IMG/VR virus record: IMGVR_UViG_3300021387_000688
DNA length: 64,000 nt
Source: a virus
Lineage: Duplodnaviria; Caudoviricetes
Direction: 5' to 3' (one strand)
The position numbers and the translations under genes are program-made. Every line of letters starts with the position of its first letter. Within the stretch, counting starts at the first letter, position 1. Below the pieces are notes generated by a model. It was not told the DNA's origin. It saw nothing but the letters and a program-made list of their open reading frames with translations, and searched no databases. Below, piece after piece: positions 29,155 to 38,702 of the stretch.

Positions 29155-30462
29155 ATGGACCACAGATTTAGTAAAACCGATAGAGATTATATACATAATA
29201 TATCCCAAATGGCTACTGTTGAATATATGAGGGTTTCTAAAGAATTCTTAGACGCCATTGAAGCCCCTGAAGAATTAAAAGAAAAGTTTGAGAGTTTCAA
29301 AACCAAATATGGTAAATATCCTCAGTTTGCTTATAACTCTAAATTCAGAAGCACTAAAGAAAAGACTAGTATATCTTTCCAAAAAACAATAAACGGAAAT
29401 CACGTAGCAACTTTCTTTACAGAAGAAGATCTCGAAACTTTGGTAAACTGTTGGATTGATACTTACAATTCTATTTCTGAATATGAAAATAGTAGAAGCA
29501 ATGTAGAAAAAGTTGTAGAGAATGTTTGTGACTTCGTTAAAGATAATAAATTGGCTATAGGCTGTGCGGTATTTGGAGTTGCCGCTTTGGCTACTGTTGT
29601 TCCTGCAATTGTCAAAAAATACAAGTCGGAAGCAGATATAAGAGAAGCTGTTTCTTATTTTATGAATTCTGTTGATTGGGATGAAAACGATAGAGATAAA
29701 ACAATTGCTACAACTCACACTTCTGTTGATTCCAAAGGTAATTTACATACAACTACTCGAGCAAGAACATTAAGTGGTAATAAGAATACCTCAAAAGCTA
29801 TATTCACTGCAGTTGCAAAGTATGCTAAAAAGAATGGTATAACTGCAAGAGATGCATTCCACGAATTAGATGGTGCAAAAACTAGAACCCTTTTCGGAAA
29901 CATAACAGATGAAGATTTTTACAAGTTTGATATCATAAAAGATAACAACGGTGTATTAACTATCAATGTTTGGAATAATGCAGGTCGTAAACCTAAGACT
30001 TTCGAAATTGATACAAATACGTATCAGAGAATTGGTGACGTTCAATATTCTTGGAACGAAAGTAGAAAGAGATCTGGTCATATAAAAGAATCTAAAATAG
30101 CATGTGATAAGGCTAGTGTTTATCAATTTCAACTTAAGTTGTTAGAATTCTTTGATAACTATTTAGGCGACCCTATTGTAAAAGCTAAAGCAATAAAGGG
30201 GGATATGCCTAAACCTTTTACATATAGGAAATGGAATGATCGGGGTTCAGATTTTTATGAAGTTAGCTTGTTTGGCGAGTATGAAGATGATGTAGTAATT
30301 GAACTCCGTTCTGTTATGATTGGTGGAGGTTGTTCTTATAACTTATTAACAGGAGACGGATCTGAGTGCGAATATTGGACTGGAATGTCTTTGGACGAAT
30401 TTGAGAAAGACCTTAGTGAATGTTTTAAGATTGCTTTAAGCAATGAGGGTAAAAGGATATAG
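29155..30462 (+). CDS. three-module protein with internal hydrophobic segment; putative virion cargo
   Basis: VVEN then KLAIGCAVFGVAALA; linker WNESRKRSGHIKES; C-terminal WTGMSLDEFEKDL. Confidence 0.75.
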   Translation: MDHRFSKTDRDYIHNISQMATVEYMRVSKEFLDAIEAPEELKEKFESFKTKYGKYPQFAYNSKFRSTKEKTSISFQKTINGNHVATFFTEEDLETLVNCWIDTYNSISEYENSRSNVEKVVENVCDFVKDNKLAIGCAVFGVAALATVVPAIVKKYKSEADIREAVSYFMNSVDWDENDRDKTIATTHTSVDSKGNLHTTTRARTLSGNKNTSKAIFTAVAKYAKKNGITARDAFHELDGAKTRTLFGNITDEDFYKFDIIKDNNGVLTINVWNNAGRKPKTFEIDTNTYQRIGDVQYSWNESRKRSGHIKESKIACDKASVYQFQLKLLEFFDNYLGDPIVKAKAIKGDMPKPFTYRKWNDRGSDFYEVSLFGEYEDDVVIELRSVMIGGGCSYNLLTGDGSECEYWTGMSLDEFEKDLSECFKIALSNEGKRI

Positions 30463-30548
30463 GAAAGGCGCGAATTGTTCTACTAAGAAATACGCACACT
30501 TTATTGCCAAACTAACTATATTGAATAAATAAAAGGAGAGTAAAAGAA

Positions 30549-31310
30549 ATGGCAAGAACTATTAAAGACTATAACGAATACAAAGGTTTTACGCCTGCTC
30601 AGAAAAATAATGCATTCCATGGATTTGTTAATTTCTTAGACGATATTGGTGCGCCTTGGGAATCAAATAAAGATAAACAGGTATCCGGAAAGTATTGGGG
30701 TATCGAATTCACTCTTAATTATGCAGGTATGGGTGGTCACGCTTATACAATAGATGCAATGAATGTAGTAAAAGGAACTATTCAAGATCAGTGGGTTGGC
30801 GATTCTTACTCAGACTTCTTAGAAGATTTAAGTGAATTGAGAAACGAATATGGTGCATTACATTCAGGTCGTTATCCAGATGATCCTGAAAACTTAGAAG
30901 AGTCTAGAAAATTAAAAGAATCTGCTTCTTGGAAAAATAAATTTGAACAAAAAATAAAACAAAGAGTTGTAAGACTCTTCCAGGATTGGGTAGATGAGGA
31001 TAACGCTCAGGGAATGGTAGATGATTTTGATATTAACCCTGATAATGCAGTAGAAGAACTTATTAACGAAATCCTTGAAAACGAAGCAGATGAAATCCAC
31101 GAAGGAAGATATGAAGATTTCCTTTACACTATTATGGACGAAGAAGACATAAATCAGAAGGAAATCGAAAAAGTTGGAGAAGCTTATCTTGATAAACTAG
31201 AAGCCCTAAACATAGAAGAAAAGAGAAAAACATTTGGGGAATCTTATTGCAATAAATTAGAAAAACAAATGCAGTATGTTTCTGCTTTTAGTGATGAAGA
31301 TGAGGATTAA
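30549..31310 (+). CDS. two-module protein; putative virion cargo
   Basis: WVGDSYSDFLEDL domain; linker LEESRKLKES. Confidence 0.75.
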   Translation: MARTIKDYNEYKGFTPAQKNNAFHGFVNFLDDIGAPWESNKDKQVSGKYWGIEFTLNYAGMGGHAYTIDAMNVVKGTIQDQWVGDSYSDFLEDLSELRNEYGALHSGRYPDDPENLEESRKLKESASWKNKFEQKIKQRVVRLFQDWVDEDNAQGMVDDFDINPDNAVEELINEILENEADEIHEGRYEDFLYTIMDEEDINQKEIEKVGEAYLDKLEALNIEEKRKTFGESYCNKLEKQMQYVSAFSDEDED

Positions 31311-31312
31311 AA

Positions 31313-32164
31313 ATGAAAAAACTCAGGGAAGACTCTTTAGAAGACTATTCAAGTGAACTTAGTGATGTTTATCATTTTGCAAAAGCAAAACATGACGCGA
31401 CTGGAGCTATTAGAAAAAATTCTGGTCTTCCATACTTCGTTCATCCTGAAATGGTAGCTGAAGTAGTAGCGGCTTATGGGGGTACAGATGCCCAAATCGA
31501 AGCTGCTTTACTTCACGATACTGTAGAAGATACGGATACCACTGCAGAAGAACTAGAACGACTATACGGTCCAGAAGTTGCACAAATTGTAGAAGAAATC
31601 ACAAATTACAAGCCAGATGTTGAATATTATGGAAAGGAAGATTATATCAACCACGAGTTGGTAGAACTTTCAGATGAAGCACTTTTAGTTAAAGTTGCAG
31701 ATTGTGTTTGCAATTATTTGGATAGTCCAAAGCCAGGTCAAGCAGAAAGGTTAGTTAGAAACTTAAAATATTTAATTGAGTTTAGACCTAATTTGCCTGA
31801 CGGGGTTAGAAGATTACTTAAAAGTATTCCTCCATTGAACGATGTATATGATTTAGACAAAGATGAATTTGATGAACCTTACATTGATGATGAAGAAGGA
31901 TACCAAAGAATCGTAGCTTCCAAAAAGATGCCTAAAAATAAAATAAAAGAAGGTTATGCGGATATGACAGAAACCTTTGAAGAATTTGTTGCATCTAAAA
32001 AACTCAGCCCTGAAGATAAAAGTTATCTTAAGGATTTGTTGCAAAAGGAAGAAAGGATAGATTTTGAAGAGGGGGACAACACTGAAATTCAACTTTCCGT
32101 TTTAGATAGAGCTTATGAACATCTAAGAATGGATAATGTAGATCGTAGTTATTTCAATAAATAG
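31313..32164 (+). CDS. RelA/SpoT-type HD hydrolase (small alarmone hydrolase / Mesh1-like) with leader and C-terminal module
   Basis: H.....RKNSGLPYFVHP, AALLHDTVEDT, VKVAD...N; leader MKKLRED; linker MPKNKIKEG. Confidence 0.85.
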   Translation: MKKLREDSLEDYSSELSDVYHFAKAKHDATGAIRKNSGLPYFVHPEMVAEVVAAYGGTDAQIEAALLHDTVEDTDTTAEELERLYGPEVAQIVEEITNYKPDVEYYGKEDYINHELVELSDEALLVKVADCVCNYLDSPKPGQAERLVRNLKYLIEFRPNLPDGVRRLLKSIPPLNDVYDLDKDEFDEPYIDDEEGYQRIVASKKMPKNKIKEGYADMTETFEEFVASKKLSPEDKSYLKDLLQKEERIDFEEGDNTEIQLSVLDRAYEHLRMDNVDRSYFNK

Positions 32165-32270
32165 TAATAAAAAGCTCCTCGAAAGAGGAGCTTTTATATT
32201 GCCCGAAATTGTTTACTCTCCTTTTATTTTATTCTTCGGATAGAAATAATTACGATCTACATTATCCATT
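32128..32270. repeat. 28-bp inverted repeat (1 mismatch)
   Basis: AATGGATAATGTAGATCGTAGTTATTTC at 32128-32155; reverse complement at 32243-32270. Confidence 0.85.
32169..32195. terminator. bidirectional intrinsic terminator
   Basis: AAAAGCTCCTC-gaaa-GAGGAGCTTTT. Confidence 0.85.
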
Positions 32271-32302
32271 ATCTATTTTATTATAAGGCCTTCTTGATTC
32301 TG

Positions 32303-32698
32303 TTATAGAATCTTTTTAAAAGGTACATCTATAAGGGAATCCGAACCCGACTTTTTAAAAGTAAAACCTAAAATACCGGTTTGCTTATCATAACTTCTGA
32401 GCATTATACCAGAATATATTTCCTTTATTTCTTTTATATTTCCAAGTCTTTGTGCAATTATCCTTGCAACGTTTTTTGGGAAACAATAGCGTACCCCGTT
32501 TTTATAAACGAAAAGGTTATCAAAATCTATTAAAATTTTTACATCTGAAGGTGCATTCCTTACCCTTCTAACTGTAGTTTCCCCGTCTTCAAACTTTACT
32601 AAGATTACTTTATTACCTTCTTCAATAACCCCATTTATTATTTCTTTTATTTGTTCTTGAATACCTGGCTTTCTAGAAAGCCACTTTAAGTTTTTCAT
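32303..32698 (-). CDS. hypothetical protein
   Basis: AAGGAG RBS, 131 aa. Confidence 0.6.
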   Translation of the reverse strand: MKNLKWLSRKPGIQEQIKEIINGVIEEGNKVILVKFEDGETTVRRVRNAPSDVKILIDFDNLFVYKNGVRYCFPKNVARIIAQRLGNIKEIKEIYSGIMLRSYDKQTGILGFTFKKSGSDSLIDVPFKKIL

Positions 32699-32740
32699 TA
32701 TAATATCTCCTTTATAGTTCGGTAAATTAAGTATAAAAAT

Positions 32741-32763
32741 AGCTCCTCTTTCGAGGAGCTTTT
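32741..32763 (-). terminator. intrinsic terminator, inverted copy of the 32169 terminator
   Basis: AGCTCCTC-tttc-GAGGAGCT. Confidence 0.8.
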
Positions 32764-32782
32764 ATTTTAGATATTTTAATTT

Positions 32783-33136
32783 TTAGTCATCCCAGTCTTC
32801 AACAGAACATTCGCCGGAATTGTACAAATAGCTTCCGTCTGGGCGCTTAATGTAGTAGATATAATCCTGCCCATCGCAATCAGTCATTGCGGTAACAATT
32901 TCATCTACATCAGTTTCGCCTTTGATGTAAAGATCTTCGAGTTCATCTTCGTCGTAACCTTCTTCAAGGGCTTCTTCTCTTGAATTAAAGAACTCATCAT
33001 CTCCTACATAAAGTGACAAATGTTCTGCGACTTTCTTAAGTGCCTCGAAATCGTCTTCGGCAGAGAATTTAGCAGTACTAGTAGCACCACCTTCGTAGCG
33101 CTCATAAACTTCATAACTAACTTCGTATTTGTCCAT
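32783..33136 (-). CDS. highly acidic small protein
   Basis: GAGGT RBS, D/E-rich. Confidence 0.7.
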   Translation of the reverse strand: MDKYEVSYEVYERYEGGATSTAKFSAEDDFEALKKVAEHLSLYVGDDEFFNSREEALEEGYDEDELEDLYIKGETDVDEIVTAMTDCDGQDYIYYIKRPDGSYLYNSGECSVEDWDD

Positions 33137-33188
33137 AACTATTACCTCTTAATAATAATATAGTTAAACCCAGAAACTAAAGTTTCTA

Positions 33189-34307
33189 TTAATATCCATA
33201 AGCATTTGCACGAGCTGTAGCAAACTGACCGGAGATATTAGACATAGCTTCTTCTGTAGCTTCCCAATCTCCATTATGTTCAATTACCCATTTCTTAAAC
33301 TCTTTCTTAGAATTGAAAGGAGTCTTATCTCCATATCTACCATATGCTAAACTCTTTGCATACTTTTTAAGTAATTCTAAATCTTCTTCATTAATTCCTG
33401 CATCTTTTTGAAGTTTATCAAATTTGCCATTGAATCCTGAAAAGCAAGAATATAATGAGAACTCATCATAATTCTTATCAGCTGCAATTCCAAACTTAGC
33501 TTTACGAGCATCTCTACGAGCTATTTCTTCTGCATCTTCATCGTGAACTCTCTTAGCATAATTCTGACGGGTAGCTTTATTTCCCCTATAAGGCACCTGA
33601 TCCTGTACGTAATCTCTATCATCATCTAGTGAATCAAATTCAGGATCGAACTCTTCTCCTGGATGCTTTTCTTTCCACTTAGCAAGGCCTTCTTCTGAAG
33701 GAACTTTATAACCATGTGCATCTTTTTTATAGAAAGTCTTAGTAACTTTATCCATGCTACTAACCTTTCTACCTATTGTTTTAATGTTATCTGGATTATC
33801 CCAATTTTCAATTTCATCAGTAGGTACTCTTAAAATCTTTCGATGTGAAAGAGAATCATCCTCATAACTTCTATATTCTGTCATCTTGGCGTAGCCAGTA
33901 GATTCAATTTTCTTTATATAATTTTCCCCTTGGCTACCTGGGAAAGTTTTTTTGATTTGAGTTTTAGTGAGAGCGTTACCAAATTCATCTACTGGATATA
34001 AATATACAAACATCCTATCTGGATTGTTATAAGTATGCTCATAATTCTCATCTAGGAATTGAACCTCCATAACTTCCCACCATTGATGTTTTGTATTTGG
34101 GGCATCCCCTTCCTCGTCCCCGTAAGGGTCAATGAGGTCCCCTTCTCTAATGTCGGTAAGGTTACAAGTATAAGCTATATCATCAAGAGACTGGTCGAAC
34201 TTAGCTTTAATAACTTTTGTTCTATAATGATCATCTCTTTCAGAACCACTAGCTCTAACGAACGGCTTATATTTTTTCTTATCTGCCTCTGTAATGTACT
34301 TTCTCAT
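33189..34307 (-). CDS. hypothetical protein with MRKYITE leader; putative virion cargo
   Basis: AAGGAG RBS; leader ends in I-x-E. Confidence 0.75.
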   Translation of the reverse strand: MRKYITEADKKKYKPFVRASGSERDDHYRTKVIKAKFDQSLDDIAYTCNLTDIREGDLIDPYGDEEGDAPNTKHQWWEVMEVQFLDENYEHTYNNPDRMFVYLYPVDEFGNALTKTQIKKTFPGSQGENYIKKIESTGYAKMTEYRSYEDDSLSHRKILRVPTDEIENWDNPDNIKTIGRKVSSMDKVTKTFYKKDAHGYKVPSEEGLAKWKEKHPGEEFDPEFDSLDDDRDYVQDQVPYRGNKATRQNYAKRVHDEDAEEIARRDARKAKFGIAADKNYDEFSLYSCFSGFNGKFDKLQKDAGINEEDLELLKKYAKSLAYGRYGDKTPFNSKKEFKKWVIEHNGDWEATEEAMSNISGQFATARANAYGY

Positions 34308-34317
34308 TTATATCTCC

Positions 34318-35337
34318 TTAAAACTGATCTGTAACGTTTTCATTAGTTTTCTTATCAATGATTTCAAATTTTGTAGGATTCTTTGTTCTTCTTTTTCTCA
34401 ACCAAGCTACTGCTTCTTTAACATCTTCTTCCTCTACGCAAACCCAAGCCGCAGCTCTATCATCTACCCAATCTTCAGGATCTGCACCAGTTTCTCTTCT
34501 TCCATTGTTTTCAAATATAGACTGAATTGGTTCCCAAATGTTTCTAGAATTTCTTGTATAGAAATCTTGATTCAAGTAAACAATTAATTGATAAGTATTT
34601 GGATCATAATCTTTTGCATATTCACCTGTTGCTAGTTTGTTGGCAACATTTAATACATACCACATAGCTGCATCTTCATAACCTGTACCATTACCTTTCG
34701 ATCCATTAGCGGCTTCTACAGTGAAGTTTAGGTTTTTATCAAATGCAAAGGTTGCAAGCTCTTCATCAGATTCGGAACCAATAAACAAGATTGTATAATC
34801 TTTTGAATCGGACCATACATCGAATAATGATTCCCCATAGATATCATATTGTTCGCTAAAATCTATAAATTTACATTTATCTGTTTTGAAAGCTAATCTT
34901 AACTGCTTTCTTAAAGCATACATATTAGCTACAAAAGTATCTCCTGGATTAGGATTGTTTTGCATTAATAAAAATTGACGGCCTTTTCGGGCGCGTTCAT
35001 TTACATGTTCGTATTCACTGTCTTTGAATAAATTAGAATGGTCGATAGCTTTCTTTATAAGTTCATCTAAATCTTTATCCAAATCTTCTTCAATAGTTGG
35101 ATGTACGGTTGTGTCATTATAAACATCCATACCTATATCAAACTTTGGGGAAATTATTTTTACTTCTAGTCTATTGTCATGATATTTACTTGCTACAAGA
35201 CTTAAACCCCAAGCATCGCAATATTCGTCCATATCAGACCAAATACCAAAACTATTACAAACATCTTTGAAATGAGCTCTCATTTCTTTGAGATTCCATT
35301 CACCTGTTTCACTGTTATAAAAATCTCTAAACTGCAT
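34318..35337 (-). CDS. multi-module hypothetical protein; putative virion cargo
   Basis: upstream TACTAATTTT; EEDLDKDLDEL segment; linker HVNERARK. Confidence 0.7.
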   Translation of the reverse strand: MQFRDFYNSETGEWNLKEMRAHFKDVCNSFGIWSDMDEYCDAWGLSLVASKYHDNRLEVKIISPKFDIGMDVYNDTTVHPTIEEDLDKDLDELIKKAIDHSNLFKDSEYEHVNERARKGRQFLLMQNNPNPGDTFVANMYALRKQLRLAFKTDKCKFIDFSEQYDIYGESLFDVWSDSKDYTILFIGSESDEELATFAFDKNLNFTVEAANGSKGNGTGYEDAAMWYVLNVANKLATGEYAKDYDPNTYQLIVYLNQDFYTRNSRNIWEPIQSIFENNGRRETGADPEDWVDDRAAAWVCVEEEDVKEAVAWLRKRRTKNPTKFEIIDKKTNENVTDQF

Positions 35338-35376
35338 TTGGATAAAAACCTCTTTTATAAAATTAGTAAGTCCAAT

Positions 35377-35409
35377 AAAAAAGGTATCTCCTTTTAAGAG
35401 ATACCTTTT
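35377..35409 (-). terminator. intrinsic terminator
   Basis: AAAAGGTATCTC/GAGATACCTTTT. Confidence 0.8.
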
Positions 35410-35429
35410 AGTTTTTTATCTAATTTGCA

Positions 35430-37499
35430 TTAAGCAAACAAGTCCAACAACATTTCCTTAGTTGGATTTGAGAAATCCAAGTAGTTTGGAAGTTTAGTTT
35501 CAACCTCTGAAGGAGGAAGAATCTTTACTTCAACATAATCTGGAAGCTCTGCATCTGGATTCTTATCAAGCATGTCTTTGATCATCTCAACTTTAGCAAA
35601 TGCTTCTTCTGAAGAAATGCCGTCAATGTTGATTTTATATTCCTTAATAGGTGCATTTAACATTTCAGGAGTAACTTTCTTCCAACCTGCTTCTTTCAAA
35701 ATATCTTCAAGATCCACAAAGGAATCCATCTTAACCTGATTTGCCTTCTGAACGATATCAGAAGCTTTACCACTTACACGGCAGTTACCTGACTGGAGTA
35801 CAGTAAAGTACAACTTGTTGTTGTGTACATATCCGATGTTCTTCTGTCCCTGCTCATCAAAATCCATCATTGCATCAAATACAATGTTGTTAGGATCGCA
35901 CATACAAATGCCTCTTTCACGACGTCCGTAACCGCCACCAATATAGTTATTAATTTTTGTTTCCATGTTTTCACGAGCTACGAACAATCGGAACTTAGAT
36001 CCTGGGTTACCATTAAACTTATTCAAAGTCAAAAGACCGTCCTTAGCAGTTTTCTTCATATAGAAGAGCTCTGCAGCTTCTGGATCTGCGTTTGTCATAT
36101 CTCCAGAATAGATTGGCTGATCTTTTCCTCCACCATAGCTGTAACACCAACCGTAAGAGTTTCCATTTACGTCACAGTAGTGAAGATCGAAGTCACGAGT
36201 ACCCCATTCGTTACGCCAGTAAACACCCACTACGTTATCCTTGTCTCCAAAGTCAACATTTGTGCCCATTGGGAAGTTTCCAATGAAGTTCTTTTCTGAA
36301 GTAGGGCAAGCAATATGCAAAGCATCTGGGATGTAATAGAAACCGCCCTTAGCTTTCAAAGCTTCTACCAAAGACTCTCTCAATACACCGTACAACTGAG
36401 TCAAGTAAACAACATTGACGTGTGGTTTATAACCTTCGCGGATAAACATCTTTCCATTACGGATCACATACATCTTACCTTCAATTTCCTTTCCGGTAAG
36501 GCGTTCCATAATAGACTGCATCAACTGTACTTTTCTGAAGTTGTTCAAGCTACCAACGTTAGCTTTAGCTGTATTGATAAGCTGCACAAAGTCCTTTCCA
36601 TTGTCGTTCATACAAGATTCCCAGAAACCAATTTTCAATGGAGTATGGTTCTTAACGGCCAAACGACGAATCTTGTTTACATATTTAGCGTTATCGCCAT
36701 AACCCTTCATTGCAAGGAACAATGGCTTGTAACGATAGAAGATACGAGAAAGTGCCTTAAGCTGAACATCTGACAAAATTGCCAAATCGAAATCTTTTCC
36801 TGTACCAAATCCGTTCTTATGCTGGATAGAATAGATGGTAGCAGTATCCTTAATCAAGGAAGTCTTTTCAGTGTAACGATAGATGATACATCTCAAAAGA
36901 CCAAATTCATCCTTTGGATATTTCTTCAAAAGGGAAGCAATTACAGCCTGAGCTTCTTTGTTTTTAATCAAATCTGTATCTACAGAATCGAGGAATTTGT
37001 ATTCCTTCAAAAATTCAATACAAACATTGATTGTATCAGATTTCATAGCTGCACCGGATGCAAACATCTTCAAAATCAAATCGCGGATTTCTTCTGGGGT
37101 TGCAACTTTAATAACTTTAAACTTGTTGTATGGGATAACAATTGGCTGTTCATTTGGAACATAACCGTTGCCTTTTACATTGTACTCAATCTGAACAGTA
37201 GAGTCAGTCATCTCCTGGAGCAAAGTTGCATTGTCAACAGTACCGTAAGTAGATGCATAATGACGAATCTGATCAAGATACAATTCAAAACGAGATTTAG
37301 AAGTAATATCTGTCCAAGTCTTGTAGAAGGTGGAGTTTGGATTCATCTTCATTTCACGAAGAAATGCCAAAACATCTTCGGTTGCACAAGCAGGGTCAAC
37401 TACGTAGCCAGCCTTCAAACCAGCTTCTGCAATCTTTTCATAAGAAACTTCGTTGCCTGCCAATGCGCAATTAAACATGCCAATAATTTTTGTATTCAT
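35430..37499 (-). CDS. large protein with C-terminal TerD-related motifs
   Basis: W.N...RDFDLH, SGDMTNADPEAAE; own promoter-like TGCTATATT and terminator. Confidence 0.55.
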   Translation of the reverse strand: MNTKIIGMFNCALAGNEVSYEKIAEAGLKAGYVVDPACATEDVLAFLREMKMNPNSTFYKTWTDITSKSRFELYLDQIRHYASTYGTVDNATLLQEMTDSTVQIEYNVKGNGYVPNEQPIVIPYNKFKVIKVATPEEIRDLILKMFASGAAMKSDTINVCIEFLKEYKFLDSVDTDLIKNKEAQAVIASLLKKYPKDEFGLLRCIIYRYTEKTSLIKDTATIYSIQHKNGFGTGKDFDLAILSDVQLKALSRIFYRYKPLFLAMKGYGDNAKYVNKIRRLAVKNHTPLKIGFWESCMNDNGKDFVQLINTAKANVGSLNNFRKVQLMQSIMERLTGKEIEGKMYVIRNGKMFIREGYKPHVNVVYLTQLYGVLRESLVEALKAKGGFYYIPDALHIACPTSEKNFIGNFPMGTNVDFGDKDNVVGVYWRNEWGTRDFDLHYCDVNGNSYGWCYSYGGGKDQPIYSGDMTNADPEAAELFYMKKTAKDGLLTLNKFNGNPGSKFRLFVARENMETKINNYIGGGYGRRERGICMCDPNNIVFDAMMDFDEQGQKNIGYVHNNKLYFTVLQSGNCRVSGKASDIVQKANQVKMDSFVDLEDILKEAGWKKVTPEMLNAPIKEYKINIDGISSEEAFAKVEMIKDMLDKNPDAELPDYVEVKILPPSEVETKLPNYLDFSNPTKEMLLDLFA

Positions 37500-37590
37500 T
37501 CTTTTCTCCTTTCGGGTAGTAAAAACCGAACTACCTATGAAATTAATTTTATTATTTATTCAATATAGCAAATTCTGTATAAAACATTTT

Positions 37591-37926
37591 CTAACTTGCT
37601 AAAATCATAAAACAAACAAAAGATAAGTTTTCTTCTACATCGGATACAAAATCCGTTAACGGACCTTTATTCTTGTACATCCATTCTTTAGCTTTTTGCA
37701 AATCTTGAAAGTATGCATTGTTAGTAATAGATACTTGAACATTGGGGGCAAAATCTCCGTCCGGAACTGGTAATTCTGCATACCCTTCAATATCTGTATT
37801 AAAGAAATGATGCTTCATTTCTGACTTAACAATACTTCTTAATTCTTTAAATTTTTCTTTAGAAGGATCTGCAGGGTCCAAATAAAAGTTTAACGTCATT
37901 TCAATAACTCCTCTTCGCTTTGGCAA
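37591..37926 (-). CDS. hypothetical protein
   Basis: start probably MTLNF after GAGGAG. Confidence 0.6.
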   Translation of the reverse strand: MPKRRGVIEMTLNFYLDPADPSKEKFKELRSIVKSEMKHHFFNTDIEGYAELPVPDGDFAPNVQVSITNNAYFQDLQKAKEWMYKNKGPLTDFVSDVEENLSFVCFMILAS

Positions 37927-38702
37927 ATCTTTAAGAAACTTGCATACATTTTATTTGTATTAATAGGAGCAAGATATTTACCGGTTGGTTTACCATCTTT
38001 ATCTAAGATAGGGTACTTTCCTTCTTTGTCTGGAATAATATAATTAACTTTACCTTTTATAATACTGCCATCGTTTTCAAAGTAAATTGAATTTAAGTAT
38101 TCTGCTTTTTCAATACGACGTCTAGCATTATATTCCCAATCTGGAAATTGTTCAAAGTCTTCATAAACTGCCACGGTAGGGTATCTTCCTTGATCCCAAA
38201 AAACCCTTTGACTTCTAAAATCCGAAGAAATTAACATTAAACAAATTGCAGCAATTCCCCCTACAATCCAAGAAAGAATACAATAACCTATCCAACTCTC
38301 GCTATGGTTACAATTCAAATCATCTAACCATTCTGAAATCTTTCCGATTTTTTGCACAAACTTTCTATTAGCTCGTGCTTTATATTTTTCCAATTGTTCA
38401 TAATCGGATTCCAATTCTGGATACTTTTCAGCCCTTTGTTCTTTAGTTATTTCAATAACTTCACCTTTCTCATTTTTAGATTCATAAGAATCATATTCGT
38501 AGAAATGACTAAACCAAAAAGTATTGTACTTACTAGTAAGATTTCCTAGGAAATTGTCGTAAGGTTTTCCAAAACTTTTTACCCACTTATCAAATAAAGG
38601 TGCAAGAATCATTTTAATAAAAATCAATGCAACAGGGATAATAAAAATCCATGCAATAAGTAAATGACGATGATATGCTACGTAATCCATTTTAAACTCC
38701 AA
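37896..38702 (-). CDS. two-TM membrane protein
   Basis: two hydrophobic helices. Confidence 0.7.
   Translation of the reverse strand: MEFKMDYVAYHRHLLIAWIFIIPVALIFIKMILAPLFDKWVKSFGKPYDNFLGNLTSKYNTFWFSHFYEYDSYESKNEKGEVIEITKEQRAEKYPELESDYEQLEKYKARANRKFVQKIGKISEWLDDLNCNHSESWIGYCILSWIVGGIAAICLMLISSDFRSQRVFWDQGRYPTVAVYEDFEQFPDWEYNARRRIEKAEYLNSIYFENDGSIIKGKVNYIIPDKEGKYPILDKDGKPTGKYLAPINTNKMYASFLKICQSEEELLK

Noticed and set aside
35823-37568. Long plus-strand ORFs (35823-36299, 36315-36773, 36819-37568)
   Set aside because: Antisense shadows of the 689-aa gene with no RBS and implausible composition. The same applies to most short overlapping opposite-strand ORFs in the track.
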